IMG/VR virus record: IMGVR_UViG_3300042878_001709
Span: 1-64,000 of that record
Reading direction: 5' to 3' (one strand)
Source of the DNA: an uncultured virus (IMG/VR IMGVR_UViG_3300042878_001709)
Lineage: Duplodnaviria > Heunggongvirae > Uroviricota > Caudoviricetes
Length of the DNA: 64,000 nucleotides
In this document: positions 1 through 9,515 of the stretch, piece by piece
Numbering within the stretch: position 1 is the first letter of the stretch
Layout: each line of letters starts with the position of its first letter
Translations under genes and position numbers: made by a program
The notes under the pieces: generated by a model
The model's input: only the letters and a program-made list of their open reading frames with translations
What the model was told of the DNA's origin: nothing
Databases searched by the model: none

Positions 1-108
1 AACACCACATAAAAGTTGGGATGTCTCTAAAATCATTTTAACAACATGTTTATCACAATGCATTTGTGCACATTTTTTTGTGTCGTAATCTAAAACAAAA
101 ATATTCAT
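1..108 (-). CDS. 5' part of a pyrimidine-dimer DNA glycosylase/endonuclease V-like protein (runs off window)
   Basis: Read by hand: MNIFVLDYDTKKCAQMHCDKHVVKMILETSQLLCGV, matching the MNIF.LD...HCDKHVVKMILE start of this phage family. Confidence 0.6.
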   Translation of the reverse strand, partial: MNIFVLDYDTKKCAQMHCDKHVVKMILETSQLLCGV

Positions 109-192
109 AAATTTTTTATTCGAAGTTAATAAAAAAAACAATATAAAAAAAATATATGTTGATTTTATTAAATAAATTTTTTATACTTACTT

Positions 193-612
193 ATGGAAAA
201 TGAATATCTAATTAATGCCTTAAAAAAACATTTAGGTAAAGAACATACTTTAGATGAGGAATACTTAACTACTTTACGTAAAAAAATAAATGATATTAAG
301 GATCAAAGAGTCAATATTGATCACATTTTTGATCAATTAAAAGTTAGCATTATAAAGAGTAGTTCCCACTTATTAATAGAAAAAGTACATAGAGGGGATA
401 AAGAAGGTCCATTAATTATATTAAATAATACTAGAGATAGAACTGTATTTTATGATTTTGTGGAGTTAATGAATAATCTACTAGTGTCATATGAAAGTTA
501 TTATCAGAATTATGAAATGAATAGTTCGGAACTTTTAGAGTGTAAAGAAAGGTTGGGACTGAATGATCATAAATTACATAAATTAATTAATGAAATAAAT
601 TTGGATAATTAG
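193..612 (+). CDS. hypothetical protein
   Basis: 139 aa ORF, no motif recognised. Confidence 0.6.
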   Translation: MENEYLINALKKHLGKEHTLDEEYLTTLRKKINDIKDQRVNIDHIFDQLKVSIIKSSSHLLIEKVHRGDKEGPLIILNNTRDRTVFYDFVELMNNLLVSYESYYQNYEMNSSELLECKERLGLNDHKLHKLINEINLDN

Positions 613-631
613 AAAATTATTTTTATATTTG
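600..631 (+). promoter_or_regulatory. Bacteroidota sigma70-type promoter
   Basis: TTTG 600-603, 20-nt spacer, TATATTTG 624-631. Confidence 0.65.
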
Positions 632-647
632 TCTAAAACCTTTTGAT

Positions 648-1578
648 ATGGATGTTCTTAATCTTAAAAATATGGATAAATTTTTGGATAATAATTTTAT
701 CCCTTTGTTTGACAATAATGGGTTACCTTCAAAAATAAAAATGTCTTTGACAGAAGAAACATTTGATATTACTACACAGTTTGGTAGAAATATATTAATC
801 AGGTTAATAAATCGTGATCTTTCTAATTTAGGGATACACCAATCTTACTGTATAACAATTTCAAACTTATATGTGACAAAATTATATGAGGGGTATAAAA
901 AATTAGTTTTGGCATTATGAAAGATTTTTATGTTAGTAATGGGGACGATCAAAAAATTTTTCTTCAAGATAATAAATGGTTAATATGTTCATTAATTGTA
1001 GAGGGTGTTAAAAAATCAATAGAGGAGAATTTAGAGTCTTTAATTATTTTTAGAGTAATTAACCCTTTAGAGAATACTATGTTAACAACAGAACTAAAAA
1101 AGAGTGACTGGACGAATAGTTTAAATAAATGTCTATCTTATTACGAATCTATAGAAGAATATGAAATGTGTGATAAGATAATAACATTATTAAAAATAAT
1201 TGAAGATGGAACTTCTTAAACAAATAGAGGCAAAACAGAAATGTGTTTCGGTGATACAGAGTTGTGTGAAAGAGTGCCATTTTGAATCCGCCAAAAATTA
1301 TGTGAATCTTTATTATATAAAATTTGAGGATTTTTTAGGTTACAATGAATTAATAAGAATGATAAACAAAAAGTATGAGTAAAGAAAAAACAATTAGAGT
1401 GTGTACGGGTATCGGAATGAATATGTTCTTTCCTGATTATGTAGAAATCAAAATTCCAGCAAGTAATGGAGTTTTTGAAGAAATGAGAATGATATTTCCA
1501 GCAAACGTTGAAGGAAGTGAAGAATTCAATGGTACAAATAAAAAAGTAAAACGTAAAAAAACTAAAACAGATGAGTAA
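648..1578 (+). other. run of four small overlapping hypothetical CDS (648-920, 917-1219, ~1206-1382, 1375-1578)
   Basis: ORF track; overlapping start/stop; 917-1219 ends in an EEYEMC..I motif also seen in 17623-17841. Confidence 0.55.
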
Positions 1579-1718
1579 AATATTATTTTGGGGGTTAAAA
1601 ATAATTTCTGTTATATTTTTAATTATACCTATAATATTATGTTTACCTGGTGTAATATTTCATGTCTTATCGGAAGAGTGGGGCGAATATATATCAGAAA
1701 ATAACAATGAAAAAATGA

Positions 1719-2828
1719 TTGAATAAAATGAAAAGTCAGGATAAATTAAAAGTGGAAAAATCTTTAACATATGACGATGTATTATTAGTTCCTAAGTACT
1801 CAGACATTAGTAGTAGATCACATATTAGATTAGAAACTAAAGTTAGTAGAAGATATGGTTTATTAACACCTTATGTCGCATCTTGTATGGATACAGTATG
1901 TGAATCTGAAATGGCAATTAAAATGGCAGAACTAGGTGGTGTAGGTTGTATTCATAGATTTATGACAGTAGAGGAACAATGTGAAGAAATCAAAAAAGTT
2001 AGGAAACATTTTAGAGATAATTCGATATATGAAGAGTGGGGAGTTATGTACGATGATTGGCACACAGAAATTAAGGACATTCCTGTTATGGCAGCGATTG
2101 GGGTAATGTCTTCAGATATTATTAGGGCAACTAAATTGGTTGAGAGTGGTGCAAATATATTAATTATTGATGTTGCGCACGGTCACCATCTTAATGTTAA
2201 AAATATGATTTCTGAGTTAAGGAAATGTTTACCCTCACATGTAGATATCATTGCAGGTAACATATCTACTACGAGATCAGCTATGGATCTTTGTGAATGG
2301 GGTGCTGACGGTTTAAGAGTCGGTATCGGTGGAGGTAGTCTGTGTACAACAAGAATAAAAACTGGTCATGGGGTACCAAATGTAACATCAATTAATGATT
2401 GTGTAGTAGGTTCAAATATATCTATACCTGTGATGGCAGATGGTGGAATTAGAAATAGTGGTGATATTGCTAAAGCTTTAGCTGCTGGTGCAAATTGTGT
2501 GATGTTAGGTTCGTTATTGGCAGGTACCAAAGAATCTCCTGGTAAGATTGTGGAAAAAAATAATGGATCATTATATAAAAGATATAGAGGTTCCGCTAGT
2601 TTAGAAACTAAATCAAGTCACGGTCAAGTGGAGAGACATATTGAAGGCGAATCAACATTGATACCATTCAAAGGAGGAGTTAGTTTTATAATTGAAGGTT
2701 TAAATGATGGAGTTAAATCCGCATTATCTTATAGTGGTTGTAGAACTATATCAGAGTTCAATGAAAATGCAACTTTTGTAGAAATAACTAATTCTGGTAT
2801 AGTTGAGTCGAAAGCTCACTTATTATAA
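1719..2828 (+). CDS. guaB: IMP dehydrogenase / GMP reductase family (no CBS domains)
   Basis: LTYDDVLLVP, MDTV, IDVAHGH, GIGGGSLCTTR (catalytic Cys), ADGGI, YRGSAS; guaB versus guaC not resolved. Confidence 0.9.
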   Translation: MNKMKSQDKLKVEKSLTYDDVLLVPKYSDISSRSHIRLETKVSRRYGLLTPYVASCMDTVCESEMAIKMAELGGVGCIHRFMTVEEQCEEIKKVRKHFRDNSIYEEWGVMYDDWHTEIKDIPVMAAIGVMSSDIIRATKLVESGANILIIDVAHGHHLNVKNMISELRKCLPSHVDIIAGNISTTRSAMDLCEWGADGLRVGIGGGSLCTTRIKTGHGVPNVTSINDCVVGSNISIPVMADGGIRNSGDIAKALAAGANCVMLGSLLAGTKESPGKIVEKNNGSLYKRYRGSASLETKSSHGQVERHIEGESTLIPFKGGVSFIIEGLNDGVKSALSYSGCRTISEFNENATFVEITNSGIVESKAHLL

Positions 2829-3248
2829 TTCTTCTATTTTTATAACATTACTACCATAACCCTCATTTTTGAGGGTTATTTCTTTTTCATGAGGGTATAA
2901 AATGTTATTGGATAATGTCTCCATAACATTTATCAAAGAGTTGTCCGCAGTCACAGTCAATATGAAAACCTTCTCACCTCTACAATCTCCCGCAATACTA
3001 CCTCTTCTATAATGATTATTTGTTAGATTTTTTTTATCTAATGAATAGTGTGATCCTACCTTTGTAATGTTTATTTCTTCTATACTATCAGAACAAATTA
3101 TTCTATATAAAGTTAAAGGAGATTTTAAATTGTTGAAGTATGAAACTAAATCTACTAAATCATCTTTTGCGGATTCTTCATCGTAACCCATATATTCGTA
3201 ATCTGATAAAAGACTACCTATCTCTTCTTTAGTTAATTTATATTTCAT
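2823..3248 (-). CDS. hypothetical protein
   Basis: 141 aa ORF with GTATTTAT upstream on the minus strand. Confidence 0.6.
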   Translation of the reverse strand: MKYKLTKEEIGSLLSDYEYMGYDEESAKDDLVDLVSYFNNLKSPLTLYRIICSDSIEEINITKVGSHYSLDKKNLTNNHYRRGSIAGDCRGEKVFILTVTADNSLINVMETLSNNILYPHEKEITLKNEGYGSNVIKIEEL

Positions 3249-3307
3249 ATTTGTAGAATAATACTTTATTTTATATTAATAAATACTTATAATTATAAAA
3301 AAAATTT

Positions 3308-3886
3308 ATGGCAAAGTTATACTTTAGATATTCAACAATGGGTGCAGGTAAATCATTAGATTTATTAAAAACTGCGTTTAATTACGAAGAAAGAGAAAGG
3401 AACATTATATTATTTACATCTAATTTAGATGATAGATATGGTAAAAATAAAATTACTTCTAGAGTAGGTATAAGTAGAGATGCGTATTCTTTTGATCAAT
3501 CCACTAATCTTTTTGAGTTTGTATCAGAAAATTGTTTTGGTTGTGACTGTATTTTTGTTGATGAGTCTCAGTTTTTAACTAAAGAACAAGTTTGGCAATT
3601 AACTGATATTGTTGATGAATTAGATTGTGATGTTATTGCATATGGATTAAGATCAGATTTTAAGGGTGAACCCTTTGAGGGGTCAATTTATCTTATGACA
3701 TTATCCGATGATATAGAAGAACTAAAATCTATTTGTAAGTATGATGAGAAGGCGATTATGAACATGAGGACTATTAATGGGATACCTACATTCGATGGGG
3801 AAAAAGTTATGATAGGTGGAAACGATTCTTATGTTCCTGTTGGTAGAAAACAATATAAGAAAAAGAAAAAAGAAATATATGAATGA
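3308..3886 (+). CDS. tdk: thymidine kinase
   Basis: YSTMGAGKS P-loop, FVDESQF, AYGLRSDF, FEGS, IGGNDSY. Confidence 0.95.
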   Translation: MAKLYFRYSTMGAGKSLDLLKTAFNYEERERNIILFTSNLDDRYGKNKITSRVGISRDAYSFDQSTNLFEFVSENCFGCDCIFVDESQFLTKEQVWQLTDIVDELDCDVIAYGLRSDFKGEPFEGSIYLMTLSDDIEELKSICKYDEKAIMNMRTINGIPTFDGEKVMIGGNDSYVPVGRKQYKKKKKEIYE

Positions 3887-4274
3887 TTTTAATTTAATTT
3901 CCACTCACCCAATAAAGAAGTCTGACTTAGGGTTTCATGGGAATTTATTTGGTGGAAAATTATTGGCGTGGTTAGACGCTGCGGGTGCTGCATATGCGAT
4001 GGAGGTATCTGATACACCCAGAATGGTTACAGTTAAAATAGATGAATGTTTATTTAAGAAACCTGCCAAAGAAGGACAATTAATAAAAATATATGGTAAA
4101 GTTTTAGGTGTTGGTAATACATCCCTAACTTTACATTTAGAGGCTAGATCCCACAATGTTTATTCTGGTACACAAAATGTGGTTTTAAGTACAAACATAA
4201 AATTCGTTAGGATTGATGAGAACGGTGATCCAATACCTATTTCAGAAAAAGTTAAATCTAAATATACTTTTTAA
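3879..4274 (+). CDS. HotDog-fold acyl-CoA thioesterase (YciA-like)
   Basis: HGNLFGGKLLAWLD, VTV, VGNTSL; start moved to ATG 3879. Confidence 0.85.
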   Translation: MNDFNLISTHPIKKSDLGFHGNLFGGKLLAWLDAAGAAYAMEVSDTPRMVTVKIDECLFKKPAKEGQLIKIYGKVLGVGNTSLTLHLEARSHNVYSGTQNVVLSTNIKFVRIDENGDPIPISEKVKSKYTF

Positions 4275-4275
4275 A

Positions 4276-4740
4276 TTATTTTTTTAATTTATAAAACTTC
4301 CACATTAAAATAGTATTATATAAACATAACACTATTATTGCGTGAACCTCAGCCCAAAATAAATCTGGTAACCATATTAAGGATAAAAGATATGGTATTG
4401 TTAATACTCTATATCTTTTTATTGATAATAATGGGTATAGATTTGAAACAAAAAATCCTATTGCAAATATATTATGTAAACTAAGGTGATATTCTACAGA
4501 GAATATTGTTAATAGAAATAATAATAATGCGGATATTCTCCATTTAGGTAAAGTTATAAAAATATAAGTAGTTAATGCATTTGTTATTATAAATAGTGGT
4601 TGAAATGGTGTCTCCCAGTAAGAAGATATTGACCCTAATTTACCATAAAAAAAAAGCATAATAAATGGGGTTAGAAATGATAGGATTAATATACCAAATC
4701 TAATTAAATAATTATATTTATAACTTAATTTAATACCCAT
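4276..4740 (-). CDS. multi-pass membrane protein
   Basis: Several hydrophobic segments. Confidence 0.65.
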   Translation of the reverse strand: MGIKLSYKYNYLIRFGILILSFLTPFIMLFFYGKLGSISSYWETPFQPLFIITNALTTYIFITLPKWRISALLLFLLTIFSVEYHLSLHNIFAIGFFVSNLYPLLSIKRYRVLTIPYLLSLIWLPDLFWAEVHAIIVLCLYNTILMWKFYKLKK

Positions 4741-4908
4741 TATAGTTAGTTTATTAAATAAATATCATAATAAAATTATAATATATGTGAAAATATTCAT
4801 TCAAACAGTATGTATGATAAATGACATAGGTATTTTGTTGAAATTTATTGAATTTCATGAAAAAATCCCTATATTTATTATATATAACGATATTTAATAA
4901 CCAATTAT

Positions 4909-6894
4909 ATGAAAAAACTATTATTAATTTTATCATTACTATTTTATTCTGGGGTAAAATCACAATGTAATCAATATTTAATTTATGAAAGTTTTACTAA
5001 TACATTAACAACACAAGGTGGAACTTGGGCGGTTAATTCCATCCTAGCTTCAACAACTGTTAGAACTGGTGGATATTCTGCTGGATTTAATGGATCTGGT
5101 GATTGGATTAGGACCCCACAAATTACAAATCCAAGTATCCTTTCTTTTTGGTACAGAAGAAGTACCAACACAACTGCTTGGACTCTTAATGTACAAACTT
5201 CACCTAATGGGACAACTTGGACAACAAGGGGTACAGTAACATCCCCAACAACAACCTATCAACAATATACTCTAAATATCGGAGCTTTAGGTTTAACAAA
5301 TGTGTTTATTAGATTAATTGACGCAAGAGCCTCTGGGGCACAAGAAAGATACATTGACGATTTAGGGATAACATCTACCGTAACAAATCAAAACACACTA
5401 ATACCATTTTTAGGAAATTGTAGTCAAACTTTAACATCATCACTTACATATACAATAACTGATGCAGGTGGACCTACTGATACCTATAACAATAATTTAG
5501 ATCAAACAGTAACTTTAACACCGTCTGATAATACAAAAAAATTACAATTAAATTTTACGTCATTTAATTTAGAGGCAAGTTATGATTATCTATATGTTTA
5601 TGATGGTCCAAATACAAGTTCTACTTTATTGGCTACATTAAATGGAACATCTTTACCATCAACAATAACTGCAGAAAATGCGTCAGGACAACTAACTTTA
5701 AGATTCACTTCAGATGTTAATGGTATTAGGGTTGGGTTTCAGGCAACAGTAACATCGGTAACAGTTTGTACAACTCCGACAAATGGAGGAACATTAAGTT
5801 CAGATAAAATTTTAACAACAGTGAATGATGCCGTTTCTTTAACTACTACAGGTAATGGTGGAACAATTACAAAAATTGAATTCTCTTATGATAATTTTGG
5901 TACGGTTAGTAATACATTCGTTACCCCAACTAACCCTTTTAATATTCAATTAAACGTACAACAACCAAACATCTATTTTAGAACAACATCTAAAGATGGT
6001 ACTTGTCCCTCTGGTACATCAAATATTGTAAATGTAACATTAAAAAGTGCACCACCATATTCATCAGGAATTGTTGACGGTGATCATATTACTAATGTAA
6101 CTTTTAGTGACATTAATAATACAACTACTAATGATGGTGATGCCTATTCTGATTACACCTCTATCATTGGGAATGTCACAAAAGGTGAACCTTATAATTT
6201 ATCTGTTACTGCATCAAATACATTATCACCAGGTCAAGGTTATGGTGCTTGGATCGATTGGAATGGGGATGGTATATTTCAGACATCTGAGAATGTTTTA
6301 TTAACACCAACTGCAAATTCAACATCACAATCAATAACAATTCCCTCAGATGCCGTAACAGGAGATGCCATTATGAGAGTCCTTTCAGTTTGGAATTCAA
6401 CTCCAAACGTTGATGCATACTATTCAACTGGTTATGGATATGGTGAAATTGAGGAGTATACTATAAGAATATCTAACCCTATATCATTACCTGTAGAGCT
6501 AATTGAATTTGTGGGACACCCTTATCAACAATATAATGTGATAAAGTGGACAACTGCATCTGAACATAATTCTAGTTACTTTGATTTGGAAATGAGTTTA
6601 GATGGGGTTATTTGGAAAACCATTTCAATTAAAGAGGCGGCGTATAATAGTAACACAGAAATAAAATATTCTTTCATTGATTACAACCTAAACGAATTAA
6701 CTTATTATAGATTAAACCAATATGATATAGACGGTCAATTTAAAGTATATGAACCAATAACTGTATTTAGACAAATCAAAGATAAAAAAATTGTCAAATA
6801 TATAAATTTATTAGGTCAAGAAGTTGATCAACAAACTAAAGGTTTATTGTTAGAAATTTACGATGACGGAACAATTAGAAAAATAATTAATTAA
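4909..6894 (+). CDS. secreted protein with signal peptide, CUB and GEVED domains and Bacteroidota T9SS-cargo-like C-terminus
   Basis: MKKLLLILSLLF; FNLEASYDYLYVYDG (CUB); AWIDWNGDG...GEIEEY (GEVED); LPVEL...WTTASE..YYRLNQYDIDG; NLLGQEV..YDDG. Confidence 0.8.
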   Translation: MKKLLLILSLLFYSGVKSQCNQYLIYESFTNTLTTQGGTWAVNSILASTTVRTGGYSAGFNGSGDWIRTPQITNPSILSFWYRRSTNTTAWTLNVQTSPNGTTWTTRGTVTSPTTTYQQYTLNIGALGLTNVFIRLIDARASGAQERYIDDLGITSTVTNQNTLIPFLGNCSQTLTSSLTYTITDAGGPTDTYNNNLDQTVTLTPSDNTKKLQLNFTSFNLEASYDYLYVYDGPNTSSTLLATLNGTSLPSTITAENASGQLTLRFTSDVNGIRVGFQATVTSVTVCTTPTNGGTLSSDKILTTVNDAVSLTTTGNGGTITKIEFSYDNFGTVSNTFVTPTNPFNIQLNVQQPNIYFRTTSKDGTCPSGTSNIVNVTLKSAPPYSSGIVDGDHITNVTFSDINNTTTNDGDAYSDYTSIIGNVTKGEPYNLSVTASNTLSPGQGYGAWIDWNGDGIFQTSENVLLTPTANSTSQSITIPSDAVTGDAIMRVLSVWNSTPNVDAYYSTGYGYGEIEEYTIRISNPISLPVELIEFVGHPYQQYNVIKWTTASEHNSSYFDLEMSLDGVIWKTISIKEAAYNSNTEIKYSFIDYNLNELTYYRLNQYDIDGQFKVYEPITVFRQIKDKKIVKYINLLGQEVDQQTKGLLLEIYDDGTIRKIIN

Positions 6895-6950
6895 AATTCT
6901 TCTTTTATTAAATTATTTTTACTATATTTGTCTATTAATACTATTTATTT

Positions 6951-7475
6951 ATGGATTTAAATACAGTAATCGAAGGTTGTTTAAAAGGTGATAAACTTTC
7001 ACAATCAGAAATGTATCGATGTTATAGGAAAATTGCGTATACTACAGTAAAGAGGTATATAAAAAATGATATGGATGCGGAAGACATATTACAAAACGGT
7101 TTTATAAAACTTTATAGTTGTATTAATAAGTATGACGGTAAAGGTAGCTTTGATGGTTGGATATATAGAATTTTTAAGAATATGTCTATAGATTTTTTAA
7201 GGAAAAAAAAGTATCCTATTGAGTATTGTGACAATATAGATATGCCTGTTGAAGAAGATGTTGATAATGAAGAAAAATTAAATGATATAACGTTAGTTTT
7301 AGAGACATTACCCGCATCACATAAAACCGCAATAATTATGTATTACTATGAGAATTTAACCCATAAAGAAATATCTGATAGATTAAATATACATGAAGGG
7401 ACATCTAAATCAAACCTCCATAGAGCTAAAAATAATATAATAAAAAAATTAAAAAACAAAGTATATGAATCGTAA
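6951..7475 (+). CDS. ECF-type RNA polymerase sigma factor
   Basis: DAEDILQNGFIK, SFDGWIYRI..N.SID (region 2); HKEIS.RLNI.EGTSKSNLHRAK (region 4); TATATTTG at 6923-6930. Confidence 0.9.
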   Translation: MDLNTVIEGCLKGDKLSQSEMYRCYRKIAYTTVKRYIKNDMDAEDILQNGFIKLYSCINKYDGKGSFDGWIYRIFKNMSIDFLRKKKYPIEYCDNIDMPVEEDVDNEEKLNDITLVLETLPASHKTAIIMYYYENLTHKEISDRLNIHEGTSKSNLHRAKNNIIKKLKNKVYES

Positions 7476-7599
7476 AATAGTTTACTTATTAATCCTTACA
7501 TTAATGATTGTAATTAGTTGTAAAACTACTAAAAAGGCTGATTGTGATGCCTATGGTAAAACACATTATAAAAAAATAGAAAAAGTTTCTAAAAAATAA
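7465..7599 (+). CDS. small putative lipoprotein (44 aa, not in ORF track)
   Basis: MNRKIVYLLILTLMIVISCKTTKKADCDAYGK...; basic N-terminus, hydrophobic core, lipobox-like VISC. Confidence 0.6.
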   Translation: MNRKIVYLLILTLMIVISCKTTKKADCDAYGKTHYKKIEKVSKK

Positions 7600-7603
7600 A
7601 ATT

Positions 7604-7843
7604 ATGTTAGATAAGATTTTAGAATGGTTTCCTGAAGATGAGATACTTAAAGCAGATGGCTTTGATGATGCAATAATAGGTATCGACCAACACTCTATGA
7701 GGTTAATTTATTCTGTTAGTAAGTGTATTGAGATACTATCCATTGAGATGACAGAAGAAGAGGCATTAGAATATTTTCATTTTAATGTTATGGATGCTTA
7801 TGTTGGAGAAAAAACACCTATATGGTGTCTTGATGATCTTTAG
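7604..7843 (+). CDS. phage hypothetical protein
   Basis: ADGFDDAIIG...AYVGEKTP motif typical of a widespread small phage protein. Confidence 0.7.
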   Translation: MLDKILEWFPEDEILKADGFDDAIIGIDQHSMRLIYSVSKCIEILSIEMTEEEALEYFHFNVMDAYVGEKTPIWCLDDL

Positions 7844-7927
7844 AACAGACGTAACTATTAAATGGTATATAGTTTTACATATTCTGCAATATTTATATAA
7901 TAATAATAAAGAACTAAAAATAAAAAA

Positions 7928-8098
7928 ATGAGTAAAGAACAAATTTTAGGTTTAATTAGACATTCACTAACCGCAATTGGTGGTGCAGTAGTTATGTTAG
8001 GTTATTTTGACGAAGCTTTAGTAACTGAAATTACAGGTGGAATAATGACTGCAGTAGGTTTTATATGGTCATACATTGATAAAGTTAAAAAATCCTAA
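7928..8098 (+). CDS. small 2-TM putative holin (56 aa, not in ORF track)
   Basis: MSKEQILGLIRHSLTAIGGAVVMLG...GGIMTAVGFIWSYIDKVKKS; ATATTTAT upstream, terminator downstream. Confidence 0.6.
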   Translation: MSKEQILGLIRHSLTAIGGAVVMLGYFDEALVTEITGGIMTAVGFIWSYIDKVKKS

Positions 8099-8118
8099 TA
8101 TCTTATTTGATTAAATAA

Positions 8119-8145
8119 AGATCCATACATTGTATGGATTTTTTT
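8119..8145 (+). terminator. intrinsic terminator
   Basis: ATCCATACA/TGTATGGAT inverted repeat plus T-run. Confidence 0.75.
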
Positions 8146-8182
8146 ATGTCCATTTTTTTAAGAAAACAATATATTTATATAT

Positions 8183-8713
8183 ATGAAAAATACTATCAAA
8201 AAAATATTAAAAGAAGAGGTTGATAATAGAAAAGAAAAATTAGAAAAATATATTATCAAAACATTAAAATCTGAGGGGTTTGAAGTACATACTCCATATA
8301 GTAGTGTTATTGCTTTTATAAATAAAAACTTCGGTTTTTCAGGTGTAGATGCATTTGAACTTTATCAGTTATTTAAAGACAATTACTTCAAAGATGAGTA
8401 CGATGAGTTGATGAGAACTGATATAACTAAAAAAAGAGTTGCTACTAGTAATAAAACAGGTAGAGATTTAGTTATGGCTAAGGTACCATTTAAAGGTAGT
8501 AATACCCATTCCCAATATGAAAATAGGGCATACGTAGTATATTCATATAATTGGTACCCTATTTTTGTTTTTAAAGATGGGCAGTGGTTCGAAAACGATA
8601 GTAGGTATTCGATATCAACTGCAAAACAAATGAGTCAATTAAGACCGAGAGAACAAGGTGAGATACTAAAAGTATCAAAAGGGAAACTTGAAGAAATTAT
8701 ACATGGTAGATAA
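8183..8713 (+). CDS. leader-tagged hypothetical protein
   Basis: MKNTIKKILKEE leader; ATATTTAT just upstream. Confidence 0.7.
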   Translation: MKNTIKKILKEEVDNRKEKLEKYIIKTLKSEGFEVHTPYSSVIAFINKNFGFSGVDAFELYQLFKDNYFKDEYDELMRTDITKKRVATSNKTGRDLVMAKVPFKGSNTHSQYENRAYVVYSYNWYPIFVFKDGQWFENDSRYSISTAKQMSQLRPREQGEILKVSKGKLEEIIHGR

Positions 8714-8721
8714 TTTTATTG

Positions 8722-9207
8722 ATGAAAAATTTAAATGAGGAAATAAAAAAAATTAGACTTCTTATTGAATACAGTAAGGGTGATTCTTCTGTTATGGAAA
8801 AAGAATATAAACTCTATGTAGATATGGGTGGAGTTCTATTTACAAAAATGGGGGCGGATGAAGGTGGATTAGGAGATAAAACTGAATATATAGGAAATAA
8901 GTTGTGGGAAGGTATTAAAAAATACGAACCAACTATTTTATCTGCCACAGGTAGTAAGAATGTAGATAACTCAATAGAAACCAAAAGAAATCAAGTTAAG
9001 GTTTATTTAGAACCAATACCGACTATTAAATTTGTTGTGTTAGGTAAAGATAAAGGTAAAGAGTATGCAAACGAAAATTCAATATTAATCGATGATAGTC
9101 AAACCAATATAGATTCTTGGGTTAATAATGGAGGTATAGGTATTAAACATAGTTCCGATAATGTTGCAAAAACATTGGATAAATTAAAATCTATTAGGGA
9201 AAAATGA
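8722..9207 (+). CDS. leader-tagged HAD-family 5'(3')-nucleotidase-like protein
   Basis: LYVDMGGVL, ILSA, LIDD...NI..W...GGIGI.H; second Asp of DxD replaced by Gly. Confidence 0.65.
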   Translation: MKNLNEEIKKIRLLIEYSKGDSSVMEKEYKLYVDMGGVLFTKMGADEGGLGDKTEYIGNKLWEGIKKYEPTILSATGSKNVDNSIETKRNQVKVYLEPIPTIKFVVLGKDKGKEYANENSILIDDSQTNIDSWVNNGGIGIKHSSDNVAKTLDKLKSIREK

Positions 9208-9497
9208 GATTATTAATTAAGAAAATATTAAAAGAGGAAACTTCTAAAAAGAAAGATATTTGTAATATTATGAGTGTTGATACATATGAAGAGGGTATTG
9301 AATTGTTAAAAAATCATATAGGTGGAATGAAAGAAAATCCTGAGATGTGGGATGAAATAAAAAAACCTTTGAGGATGTGGAAAGAAGCTACAATCGAAAT
9401 TAGAAGTGAATTAGATGATTACGGAATGACTGGTGATTCAGAAGTTGATGAGTCAGACACTTGGTGGTCAGCAATACAAAGTACGATTTGTAAATAA
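9204..9497 (+). CDS. leader-tagged hypothetical protein
   Basis: MRLLIKKILKEE. Confidence 0.65.
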   Translation: MRLLIKKILKEETSKKKDICNIMSVDTYEEGIELLKNHIGGMKENPEMWDEIKKPLRMWKEATIEIRSELDDYGMTGDSEVDESDTWWSAIQSTICK

Positions 9498-9515
9498 AGT
9501 ATAAGTGAATAACAT

